Assembly: GCA_036172245.1 (NCBI GenBank)
Contig: JAYWIR010000075.1
Location: forward strand, 1-64,000
Direction of reading: 5' to 3'
Length of the DNA: 64,000 bases
Source: Raillietiella orientalis
Taxonomy: Eukaryota
Shown here: positions 41,315 to 53,266 of the stretch, piece by piece
Position numbering within the stretch: position 1 is the stretch's first letter
How the letters are laid out: every line of letters begins with the position of its first letter
The notes under the pieces: generated by a model
Seen by the model: the letters and a program-made list of their open reading frames with translations, nothing else
Database searches by the model: none
What the model was told of the DNA's origin: nothing
Program-made: the position numbers and the translations under genes

Positions 41315-43416
41315 ATAGTTGTCACATGGGTACGCCCGGGGTGTTTATTTGTAAAAACTCTACATCCGCGGTACGAGGCCCCGTTCACGGTCATAGGCAC
41401 AGGACCTGCCGGGACGCCGGGACGCAGCCCGGCGTGGCACTCCACGGCAGCGAAAGGGGATGGCGGAAAAACAAAAAGAAAATTAAAAATAAACAAACAA
41501 AAAGAAGTTGGAGGGCAGGGAAGGGATCACTGCTCGCTGTGAGGAGGGCCCATCCGTTGAACGAAGCCCTCGAGGTCCATCCGTATATTCCCCAGTTGGG
41601 GCCATCCGACAGCTCTCTGCATGGAGCGTTGAGCATATGGGATGGCATCCCTCGCGTGTGGATCCACTCCTTTGTTGTTGGTGTCGCTCCAGGCAGCCAC
41701 GATGCCTCGGACGCAGCACAGGGCTGCGATGGCTGCGGCTGGCTGCAGTGCGTCCTTCACAAAGAGGGACCGGAGAACGTCTCTGGGGGTACTGCCCGTA
41801 GGGAGATCGAGGGTCGTCCCGAACCGTTCCCAAAGGAAACGGAGAGCAGCACAGTCCGCAATAAGGTGGAAGAACGATTCCCGCTCTCCGCACCTGGCAC
41901 ACTTAGGATCCACAGCTCCCCTTGTCCTGTGGAAGCGGCGTGCGTTGCAGGGTAAACCCCAATGCAACAGCAGCAACGCCGACTTTTGCCACTTAAGGGC
42001 CAGGATCCTGAATTCTCTTAAAACCGGGGGCTACTTCAGCTCATCCATCGGGATGGCAAGCAGCTCGCCCCATCTCTGCAATCCTCACAGCTATACGCTC
42101 GGGATCGTGGCGTCCGCCAGTTCTCCTGTAGTCCAGCCGCTCAGCAACTTCTCACGTCCCGCGATGCAGCAGGAGACCTGCCACAATGGCGTTTGGCTGC
42201 TGTGAAGTGCCCTCCTCAGGAAGGGCAGCGCAGTAGCTAGACAGGTCGTCTCTGCCCACTTGCTTCTAGCGGGACTCTCGAGAAGATTCCGCAGCGTGCA
42301 ACGGGCGTGGTAGCTGCATCGGAGACGATTCCACGACTCTTGGCTCCGCTGGTTCACAACAGCCCAGGTGCCGATATTCTCTTCCAGCCAGGCGGAGAAG
42401 TTGGCGGGGCTGCAAACCATTAAGCTCTTCTCCTTCGCCAGGGTTACCATGCGCCCGAGCAGTAGGAAGCATCCTCTGATCATCCGGCGTGGGTACAGAA
42501 GAAAAGACGCGAGTCCATCGCACCGAGACAAACGGATGGCAAGGAGTCGGGCCGGAACGTACTAAGGGATGCTCCACATCTTCGCTGCGATGGCGAGGGT
42601 TCGCCATCGCAGCTGAATCTCCAAGCGCTCCAGCGTCAGGAGGCTGAGACCGCCGTCCCGATGCGGAGCGCACAAATCCATGAAACGGACTCGGGGTCTC
42701 CCGTTGCCCCAAAGAGCGATACGGAGGAGGTCCTTTGTTCGCTTTTTTATCCTCTCTGTGGGGGGGGAAACAAAAAGCAGGGGGCGGAGGAGAGGAGCCG
42801 CGAACGTGTTCCAAACCGCGGCCCGTTCAGGCAGGAAAAGCCTGCCGCCTCGCAACGGGCCGATCGCCGTCTCTACTTTTTGAAGGCAGCCGGACCACGC
42901 TTCCGCAGGGGAGTAGTCCCCAAACGGCACACTAAGATACTTGAAGTACCTAACCGTGGGGATTTCCAAACGGACCCAGTCCTCCTGCCCTGCCCATGTC
43001 ACACCAACTGGCACCACCAACGACTTCGCCTCGTTCTCCTGTAGTCCGGCGTCAAGGCTAAGCAGGTCGAAGAAATCTCCGACCGCCTTCGCCGGGGTGG
43101 ACATAGGTAAAAGGAGCAGAAGATCGTCAGCATAGGCTGCTACGGCGGGCGTGCAGCGGCACAAGCTCGGCAAGGGGGCCAAAGTCACCCTATACGCTCT
43201 CAGCACAAACTCAAAGTAGGTGCCAAAGAGCAGGGGACTCAGGCTATCGCCCTGCCTTATGCCTCGCTGCAACGACACACAATACAACATTCGACTGCAG
43301 AAAGAGATGCAGATAATCGCGTTCCTCCAGCAAGGTAGGTGATCAAGGAGGGTGGGAAGCCCATGCGAATAAGGATCTCAAAGAGGAGTTTCTGGTCACC
43401 GCAGTCGAACGCCTTG
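41315..43416 (-). mobile_element. LINE family B-like copy B', 3' half of ORF2 and 3' UTR
   Basis: C-terminus very similar to 59577-60308; begins at the KAFDC motif where A1 is joined. Confidence 0.9.
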
Positions 43417-43440
43417 CGTGCGCCAGGGTGGACGTGTTTT
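43401..43440 (+). promoter_or_regulatory. Inr/DPE-like core promoter spanning the A1 junction (also 47538-47573, 7746-7711, 48932-48967, 560-525)
   Basis: GCA(+1)GTC with A at 43403 and GGACGTG starting at 43430, i.e. +28. Confidence 0.6.
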
Positions 43441-45443
43441 CTCGGTGCTCCTCGTGCCAGGAAATCTCCCCCAGTACAAGCGTCGTGTGGTTCGGTGGTA
43501 GATCAGGCGGCGATGCCTGACGCAACCACCAGGGATGGCCAGAGAACAGCGGCAACGCCGCCCCCAGAGGCGATGGAGGTGGGGGCATCCGCCCCCACAG
43601 AATCAATCCCCGCTGCAGCGCGGGCGTGGAGCGCCGTTGTGTCGGCGCCATCGCCTACAGCCGCGGCGGAATTGTCGGCCTATGTAGAGGAGGGCTACAA
43701 CCCCTCATTGTTCTACAAGGTAGGCAATCTATATTCTTTAGAGAGCGCGCGCGCCTTCTAAAAGGGCATGCACGCTCTCGATGTGAAAGAGGAGGAGCTC
43801 AGCGCTATGATCATTCGCAGCAGGGGTCAGTACGTTGAGGTCATCTGCAAACAAGCAGAGCTGGCCCAACGACTGCTTAAAACCCCCGTTGTGATGGGGA
43901 CCCGCAGGCTCCTCCCCACTACGGCGGACCGCAGCATTGTGGTCCACCTGTTAGGCGTAACCGCGCGAATGCGCAAAGAACAGGTTCGCGCCGCTCTGGA
44001 ACAGTTTGGAACCGTCCACGCGCAGTGGACGAAAGTTAGTCCTTTCGAGGACTACACGGAGCTGCAACACGGCCTCACGGCTGCGCGCGTGACCGTTCGG
44101 GAGGGCTGCACCCTACCCCACAAACTGGTGGTCGAAGGCGAAACCGTCGACCTCTGGTATGTGGGGAAGCCGAAATACTGCGGCTTCTGCAATACGTCGG
44201 GCCACCTCAAAAAGAGGTGCCCAACGTGCAGTGCCAAGTATGCGGCACAATGGGTCACACGAGGGAGGTGTGCCCAAAAGCAGCAGTGCGGGTGGTTTCC
44301 AAGAGAAACCTTAAAAAACGCGCCCGGCTGCTGCAGAAAAAGCTGGCGGCGGAAGCTGCCGCGAAGGCTGTGCCACCCGCGCCCAAGGCCCAGGCCGCAC
44401 CCGAGACTTCAGCGAACAACGCCGAACAAGTAGAGGGAACTAGCCAGGAGCCTGGGTGGTAGGTGGCTACGGCCAAAAAATCAAAGAAGTAGAGGAGATT
44501 GGAGAAAAAAATCGCCTACCAACAGAACAAGAAAGAGCAGGGTAGCACGATAATTAAAGAGTACAGCGTCGTCGTCGAACGCGTTCCCGATGTTGCCGAA
44601 CGCTGCCAGAAAGAACTCGCCCCTACCGACGACCTCCCCTCTGTTGACTTTGTCAACAGCGAGGGGAGCGAGCCGGCGGCGGCGTCCGTCATCGACACCA
44701 CCATCGATGACGTAGCCTTCGCGCGAGCTGCGGAGGAACTGGCAGCCTCGTTGCAGCCAGAACCCTCCAAGGCTGGCAAGAAGGCCGTAAGGCGTCCGGC
44801 CTCCCCTCAAGAGTCTCCCACTTCCGACTCCGAGGTAGAGACCGGAAGCGCAGCCTCCGTTTCCACGGCACCGCGCAAGAAGGCTGGACGTAATTCCACA
44901 AAGCAAAGGAGGTTCGTCTCCCCCGTCGAAGGGGAAGAGATGGCTTCCGCAAGCGAGGGTGCCATGAGCGTGGGAAACTATCAAGACCCGTCGCTCGAGA
45001 GACTCCCAAGCGCGGACACGGAAGGGATGCAAGGGGTGGAGGCCGATCAGTGCCTCAGGTGCCTGAGAAGGCCTACACCTTCATGGACATCCCGCCCGCC
45101 TCGCAAGAGACGGGCACCCCCACACCTTAATCTTCCCAGCAGTAATGCCGAAAATCTCCTTCTGCCGTCGTCTGCGCATCGCCGTTTGAAACGTGAACGG
45201 CATGACAGACGCCAGCAGGAGACGAGACATGGCCGCCCTTCTGGAGTCCTACGACCTTGCGCTGCTGCAGGAGATCCACGTGATCTCTGCAGAACAAGCG
45301 CAAGAGATCGAACGGATCTCCGAAGGGCGGCTGTGGTACAGGTGTGGGAGACCGAAAAGTTGCGGTGTCGCCTACCTACTTCGGCCAGCCGTCGAGGCTG
45401 CGGCTAGGGGCGTGCGGTTCGACGATTACGGTCGTGTCGGCCA
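43417..45443 (+). mobile_element. LINE family A copy A1, ORF1 (ATG 43513, disrupted) and start of ORF2
   Basis: GGACGTG at 43430; CCHC knuckle; TAATG at 45143; carries empty B and E target sites. Confidence 0.92.
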
Positions 45444-47553
45444 TTTACACCCGGATGTGCCGGGGCATTTATTTCTTTGAAATAAAAATACATGAAATGT
45501 CGCGTGGCGAACGCGAAGGTTCACCACTCCAAAACAGCTTGCTGGTTACCGGGTCAATGCCGGAAAGGTAAATTCCATGCGCGGGTATGGGAAATAAAGA
45601 AAAACTTAAAGAAACAAAAAGTTCAAATGTGGGTGGGGAACAAATGTGGTAGGGGTGGGAGGGCAAGGAAGGGATCACGGTGCGCGTGGACAGGTCCTCT
45701 AGATCCTGTTCAGGTTCCGCACAAGCTGAGTCCTTTCAGCGCCCAAGTGGCGCCACTTGCAGAGACTGCGCGCGAAAAGGCGAGTCCAGTGTAAGGCGTT
45801 GCCGGTTGGCTGACGCCTTCTTCTGGTGGCGTTACAACCCGCAACTATTCCTCTGATGCAGCAGAGGACTGCTACACTAGCTGGCGGGGACAAGGCGTCA
45901 CTACAGAAAAGGCGCCATAAAACGTCCTTTGGGACGCATCCGCGCAAGTCCAGGATAGCCGCGAGACGATCCCAGAAAAAGCGGACGGCTCTGCACTCAA
46001 GGAGAAGGTGCGAGAATGTTTCTTTTTCCCCACACCGGTCACAATTAGGATCCACAGCCCCCCGGGTGGTGTGGTGCAGGCGTGCTTTGAATGGTAATCC
46101 CCAGAGTACCACAATCAACGCCACATCCTGCCATTCCAAGGGGAGGGATGCACTGTTCCAGGACGCTGGGTGCCACTTCATCTTTTCCGGAGATAGTCCG
46201 AGTAGCTCGCCCCAGCGTCCAATTCCGTTGGGCGGGACACTCGGCGTCGCAGCGTCAGCTAGCTGCCGAGATATCCACGCCTTTATCGATTGTGTGCTGC
46301 CGCCTCTGGCGCAGGACACGGTCCATTTCCCCTGCTCGCTACTGTCCCTGGCATTCACAAGGAAGGGCAGCACTGGGGCGAGATGGGTTATCAAGGCCCA
46401 CAGAAGCTTGTCGTGGGACTGCACGATCTCCTGCAGCGTCCAGCGGGCGTGCCTTTTCATACACGTGTTCCTTGTGCCCTCCGGAACGTGGATCTTTCCC
46501 CAGGTGGAGACTCACTCGTGCAACCAGGCAGAGTAGTTCCCTGGGAGGCAGGAGATCCAGGCATTCTTCCGAACCGCAACGAAGATGCGTCGCAGCATAG
46601 AGCCACAGTGTGCTCTTCTGCAGATGCGCGCAGACAGAAACGACAAAGTCCGCCGGATCCTCAGGCTCGTTGGGCCAGGAGTCGTGCTGGGATGCACCAG
46701 GGCGTGTCTCACATTTCTGCCGCGAGGGCGAGAGTCCTAAACTGTAGTTGCACTCCCATGCGCTTCAGCGTAAGAACGCCAATTCCACCGTCCTCACGTG
46801 GAGCGCACAAGTCTTTGAGCATCACACGGGACCTCTTTTTGCCCCAAAGGACTGGCATCTGGAGGCCCGCTGCTCGTTTCCGAATAAAATAAGGGGCGGG
46901 CAAACAAAAAGTAGGGGACGGAGGAGGGAGGCCGCAAACGCGTTCCACACCGCGGCCCGTTTCTGCAAGTAGAACTTGCCTTCTTGGAACGGACCGATCG
47001 CCAACGCTGCCTTTTGGAGACGGTCGGACCAGGCTTCTGATGCGCAGAAGTCCCCCAAAGGAACGCCAAGGTAATTGAAGCACCTGCCCGTTGGGATCCC
47101 CAAGCGGATCCAGTCCAACCTCCAACCCATGCCGAACCGACAAAGACCATGGACGACTTCGCCCTGTTCACCTCCAGGCCCGTCCCGCGGCGCAGAAACT
47201 CGAAGTCCTCGAACGCACTCGCCGGGGTGGACTGGGGAAGCAGGAGCAGAAGATCGTCGGCATAGGCCGACACGGCAGGCGTGCCGGGACACGAGCTCGG
47301 CAGGGTTGCCAAAGTCTCCCTGTATGCTCTCAGCACCAACTCAAAGTAGATGTTGAAGAGCAGGGGGCTGAGGCTGCCACCCTGCCGGATGCCACGACGA
47401 ACCGGCACGCCGAACACGTGCCGGCCGCTGAAATTAATATTGATGAACGCGAAATGCCAGCAGGAGCGCAGGTAGGACTGGAGCACGGCCGGGAAACCCA
47501 TGCGTTCCAGGAGCTCCAAAAGGAGTTCCTGGTCGACGCAGTCGAAAGCTTTA
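45444..47553 (-). mobile_element. LINE family F, 3' half of ORF2 and 3' UTR
   Basis: QGGSLSP, YADD, CDRC..H...C; 3' hairpin at 45450-45464; begins at KAFDC where A2 is joined. Confidence 0.9.
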
Positions 47554-48947
47554 CGTCGGCTAGAGCGGACGTGTTTCCTCGGTGCTCCTCGTGCCGGGAA
47601 CCGTCCCTAGGTGTAGGCTTCGTGTGTGGTGGTGGTCGATCAGGCAGCAATGTTTGACACGACCACCAGTGCGTGTCAGGGGGCGGTAGCAACGTCGCCT
47701 CCTAAAGAAATGGAGTGCCAGGAGGCGGCGGCAACGTCGCCTTCAGTGGCGAAGGAGGTGGGGGAGTCCGCCCCCACAATACCGGTCCCCGCTGCAGCGC
47801 GGGCGTGGAGCGCCGTCGTGTCGGCGCCATCGCCTGCAGCCGCGGCGGAATTATCTGCCTATGTGGAAGAGGGGTATAACCCATCACTATTCTACAAGGT
47901 AGGAAATTTGTATTCTTCTGAGAGTGCGCGCGCCTTTTCGAAGGGGATGCGCGCTCTCGATGTTAAAGAGGAGGAGCTCTGCGCTATGACCATTCGTAGC
48001 GGGGGGCAGTACGTAGAGGTGATCTGCAAGCATGCAGATCTGGCCCAACGTCTGCTTAAAACCCCCGTGGTAATGGGGACACGCAGGCTCCTTCCCGTTA
48101 CGGCGGACCACAGTATGGTGGTCCACCTTTTAGGAGTTACCGCGCGGATGCGGAAAGAACAGTTACGCGCCGCGTTGGGAAAAGAAGGCACGGTCCATGC
48201 AGTATGGACCAAGCCTAGTCCTTTCGAGGACATTACCACAGTTCAGTGCGGCCTCACGGCTGCTTGTGTAACCGTTCAAGAGGGCTCTATCCTTCCCCAC
48301 AAACTGGTGGTCGGCGGAGAAAGCGTCGACCTCTGGTACGTGGGGAAGCCCAAATACTGTGGCTTCTGCAACACGTCGGGACACCTCAAAAGGAGGTGCC
48401 CCAACGTACAGTGCCTGGTATGTGGGACAATGGGCCACACGAGGGAAGTGTGTCCACAATCCGCTGTGCGCGTGGTTTCCGCAAGGAACCTAAAAAAACG
48501 CGCGCGGCTGCTACAGAAAAGGCTGGCGGCGAAGGCTGCCGCTCAAGCTGTGCCACCCACTCCCGTGGTCCAGGCCTCAGCCGACACCCTGGCAACGAAT
48601 GCCGAAAAGATCGACAAAAGCGGTCAGGTGTCGGAATGGCAAGAAGCCACAGCGAAAAAGAAAAAAAAGTCGAAGAAAGAACGACGAATTGAAAAAAAGC
48701 TCGCCTACCAAAATAAAAAACAGCAGGTTAGCGAGAATTTAAAAGAATGCAGCGTCGTCGTGGAACGCGTCCCCGCCGAACGCCGCAAGGTAGAAATCGC
48801 TGCTACCGACGAGCAACCCACTGTTGAAAATGTCAACAGCGTGGGGAGCGAACCGGCGGAAGCGTCCGTCATCGAGACCGTGATCGATGACGCCGCCTTC
48901 GAGCGTGCGGCGGAGAGCTGGCTGCATCGTTGCAGCCAGCCCCCTCC
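47554..48947 (+). mobile_element. LINE family A copy A2, left part (ORF1 from ATG 47650)
   Basis: Open ORF with two CCHC knuckles; resumes at about 60527. Confidence 0.92.
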
Positions 48948-51265
48948 GCGGCCAGTAGGAGGACGTGTTTTTCCTTCACTCCCCAAAGAGTAGTAGGACA
49001 GCGCTTTTTCTTCTGTGTGGTGTTTTGTGTACATCGTCGGTGTCCAATGGCCACGACGCCAGAGGACACCGCGATGGAGGTGGGAGTGGGGGAGGCTAGT
49101 TCTCCCCCACAGCCTACTGGAGCAGGGGCAGCCGCCCCGGAATCATCCCCGGCCACGCCGAGGACATGGAGCGCCATGGTGGCCGCGCCCAGCGCAGAAG
49201 CCATGGCGGAGATGGCCGCATACAAGGCCTCCGGGTACAAGCCGTCGCTTGTGTACCAGGTAGGCAACTTGTTCGACGGCCGGACAGCGCGCGCCTTCAG
49301 CAAAGCGTTGAAGGACGCGAATGTTACAGAGAAGGATCTGGACGGCCTCTCCGTCCTCAGCGGCGGGCAGCGGGTCGAGGTGGTCTGCAAAGATGTCACC
49401 TTGGCTCACCGCCTAATTCATGCGCCGCTGAACGTAGACGGCCGCAAGATCCTGCCAGTATCTATGGACCGCTCCGTGGTGGTCCACATGACTGGCATCA
49501 CCAGCCGCATGACGCGGTCAGCGGTTGGTGAGGAATTACGGAAGTACGGTGAGGTGCACGCACTGTGGCCGAAACCCTCCATTTTCGACGGCTTCGATAG
49601 CCTTTTTGGTGGGCAGGCTGCAGCGCGGGTCACCGTACGGGAGAATTGTGGGCTTCCCCACAGACTACAGGTGGCGCAAGAAAACGTCGACCTGTGGTAT
49701 GTAGGGAAGCCCCGGTATTGCGGGCATTGTGATACCGTGGGACACCTACGTAAAAGGTGTCCCAAAATACAATGCCATTTGTGCGGGGAGCGGGGCCACG
49801 TTCGGCGCGTGTGTCCCAAACGCCCCACCCCGGTTCCCCCTGCCGCGAAAAAAGCGCAGGGGACACGTGCTTCAAAGGTCTCTAGACCTAAAGTAGAAAA
49901 GGGCCAGCACAAGCTGCCAACACCTCAACCTCCGGCGCGTAAGCCGGAGGATAAACCTTCTGAAACGGTGGAAGGCGAAGAGGGATGGCAGCTTGTAGAG
50001 GCCCGAAAGCCGAGGAAACTCCCACCCGCGGAGAGCAAAGAGCGCAAGACGGCCGGTAAGCCGAAAAAACCCGGTCCGCGCTCGAAAACTTTGCGCGAGT
50101 GCACGGTGGCACTGGAACGAATCGTCGTTCCCGAGATTGCCACCCGGAGCGTCGATCCTCCCCTTGCCTTTTCCGCTGCGCCCGAGGCTCGCAACGGCGT
50201 ACCCTCTGTTTGCACAGAGGGTGAGCCGCGCGACATAGCGGCGGTCGAAGCCGCGCACGCCGCGTTCGCGCAGGCGGCGGAGGAGCTCGCAGTCACGCTG
50301 GCCGAGCGTGAGAACCCCTCGCGCAAGGCCGTGCGAAGGCCGGCTCCGGCGAGGAAGGCCCCCAAAGGTGAGTTAGACCTGGGGGCCGGAAGCACATCCT
50401 CCTCCTCGGAGGCACCCCCCAGAAAGTCGGGACGCAAGTCCCAGAAGCCCAGGAGGCGCCTCCCCTCCACCAGCGAGGAGGAGAAGACGGAAGCCGTCGC
50501 CAGCGTGGGAAATTCGGAGGAGGAATTCCCACGCTCGGAAGCCGTCGATGCGGCCACCCCCATGGAGGAGGGTGAACAGGGGATGAAGTCCCCCCTGCAG
50601 GCGCCGACCCTGAACAGCCCGCCCCCATGGAGGAGGGCGAACAGGTAGGCGCGACTCCACCTGCGGGTGATCCGGCCGACGCGCCGGCACCGATGGTGGA
50701 GGGGGACCAGGTGCCTTCAGCACCTGACCCCCCTGCTCCACCTAGCGTCCCGCCCCAGCAGGTGGCGGACGCCGCACTGCCATCTTCCCAGGAGTAACAC
50801 CTGGGCTCGCCAGTCGCCGTCGGATTCGCGCGGCCTGTTGGAATGTCAACGGGCTGCGCGACGACGGTCACAGGCGAGATACAGCCGACACCCTGCGGGA
50901 GTTCGACCTGGCCCTGTTGCAGGAGATCCACGTGATCACCGCGGCAGACGTCCAGGAGATCGAGACGATCGCGGGGGGTCGGCTGTACTGGCAATGCGGC
51001 ATCCGCAACACCTGCGGGGTCGCGTTCTTCGTGAAGCCGGCCATCGACGCTGCCGTGAAGGGCGTGCGCGTCGATGACGACGGTCGGGTCGGTCAGCTGA
51101 CTCTCGGCTGGTCGGACTCGATCGATCTGATCGTCACGAATGTGTACGCCCCAACCGGTCAAAAGGGATACAGCAACCGTACCAGGCTGCTTGAATCCTT
51201 GAAGCGCGACTGGCTGGCGAACACGAGCGTGCGGAAGGCTCACCTGATAGCGGGAGATTTCAATC
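48948..51265 (+). mobile_element. LINE family B full-length copy, left part (ORF1 ATG 49047; endonuclease up to GDFN)
   Basis: GGACGTG at 48961; CGHC..GH..C and CHLC..GH..C knuckles; resumes at 57173. Confidence 0.92.
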
Positions 51266-51342
51266 GAGTGCGGACGTGTTTTCTTCGCTCTCGTCTCCGT
51301 GCTTTCATCCGCTTCATCTTGGCGTCGTACATTTTGACGACG

Positions 51343-53266
51343 ATGTCGACCCAACTTGAAGCTACTGAAGTTGGAGGAACAGCATCCGGATCTGCAATCG
51401 CGGAACCGACGGCCGCCTCCACTTCGTCTTTCTCGCCAATGGAGAGGAGTTTTGCTGACGTTGCTGCCACAGCAGCCGTCAAAGGGAAACCACTCGACGA
51501 GTCGGAGGTGCGGGCATACGTAGCCCAAGGCTATAGACCTGCTCTCCGATATAAGGTGAGTGGTTTTCTTTCTGCGCGCGACGGGAATCAGTTCAACGAT
51601 GAACTGACGCGTGTTGGCGTGCGGGAGGAGGACCTTCTCGCCATTATGCCCGTAAAAGACATGGGCTATTTCAAGGTGCGTTGCAAAGACGCTGCACTTG
51701 TGCAACGTTTGCTGCGCACCCCGTTGTCGATCCGTGGCCAGAAGGTCTTCCCGGCCGCCATGGACGACTCATTTGTGGCGGAGATTTTCGACATCGAGTC
51801 GGAAATCTCCGATTTTGATATTCGGAACGCGTTGGCGAAATTCGCCACGGTCCATGCGCTGTGGAGGGTGCGTAGCAACCTCAAGGACTTCCCGTCCATA
51901 CACAGCGGAGTCGCTGGAGTCCGGCTTACAATGCCGGACCGCCGTCTGCTGCCCACCAAACTACAGGTGAATGACACGGTCGTTCACCTGTGGTTCGTGG
52001 GCAAAGTAAAAACGTGCGAGCAATGCGGGAAGGAGGGGCATTGTTTGGATAAATGCCCCTCTGGAAAATGCCGTTATTGCAAACTATCCGGGCACCAATT
52101 GAAAAATTGCCCGGATCTTTTGCGAAAAAAGGCAACCGCGGAGCTCCATTTTAAAAAACAAAGCGCGGATAAAAAGAAAAAATCTGCGAAAAACCTGGAG
52201 ACCCCACGGCAGAAATTCGGTAAAAACGCGAGGCGGAATGTCGCCCCAAAGCAGCAGGAAACCTCGCACGCGAAGCCCTGCGCACCCCCTCTCGCGGCAG
52301 GGGAGCCGCAAAAGAAAGGGTGCGGGGAATCCGGGGCAATGGTAAGTCCCCCTAGGCGCAATAGCTGTCCTTCCCCAGCACGCCCGGCTCTCTCGGAGTT
52401 CGAGCAACCGGCGGGGACGTCAATGGACAACGGCGGTAAGGACACTTCCAGTACCGTCAGATCCATTCCTTCACCTCCTGCAGTGGCTGAGAAGCCCAAA
52501 TCGGGTAAGAAGGGTTGTGCCGTGTCGACTTCGAAAGTCGGCAAAAAAAAAATCCGCGTCGCGATCCAACACCGCGAAAGCGGACAAAAATCTCACGCCG
52601 TCGCAGTCGGAGAGCAAGCTCTCGACTGGCGCGGATGCCATGCCAACGAAGGGATTAAAAGCCCTTCCGAAAGCAGCGTCCATGACGAGCGTGTCGGAGC
52701 CATCGAAAGGGCTCCCGTCCAAAGACGCGGATGGCTTCAAAGATGGCCATGGAGTACAATCTCCATTTACGGCGCCACGCGAAGTGAGGAACCGTAATGA
52801 AGTAAAGAAGACTTCAGCAAAGGTCCCTCGTGCAACTGCGCGTGAGCACGCTGAAAACGCGCGCGCCGGGAAAGCAGCCGTCACCAAAAGCGATGCCCTG
52901 GTGACGGAAAACGAAAACAGGACAGCTGTCAATCCAGCAGAACCTGTCACTGCTTCGCGGAAGGCCGAAATCCGATCGAACATGCGCCGGTCGGACTCCG
53001 AAATGGATGCCGTTCCGATCACCGAGACGAGGACAACTCGTTCGAAAGCGTGTGCGCGCCGATCAAAAGTAGGCAGCCAGGCAACGCTCGCCGCGAAGCA
53101 ACGCGAAGTCTCCACGAAACCCGACGGGGTTCAGCCTGGCGTGGAGGCATTACATGCATGCAGCACGACAGAGGACGGTGGCGACTGTCCCCTCCAGCCA
53201 GTCGTGCTGCTCGCAGTCTGCTCGCCGGATAAAGCGAGCAAAAAGCCGCCACCTTCCCAGCAGTAA
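51343..53266 (+). CDS. Family C ORF1 (two CCHC knuckles), with one +1 frameshift probably at the A10 run 52543-52552
   Basis: CEQCGKEGHCLDKC and CRYCKLSGHQLKNC; the downstream frame ends at the TAATG overlap. Confidence 0.82.

Noticed and set aside
50917..52797. 626-aa ORF joining an endonuclease N-terminus to an ORF1, as a novel fusion gene
   Set aside because: It crosses the C insertion junction (TSD at 51257-51265), so it is a chance in-frame read-through from B into C.
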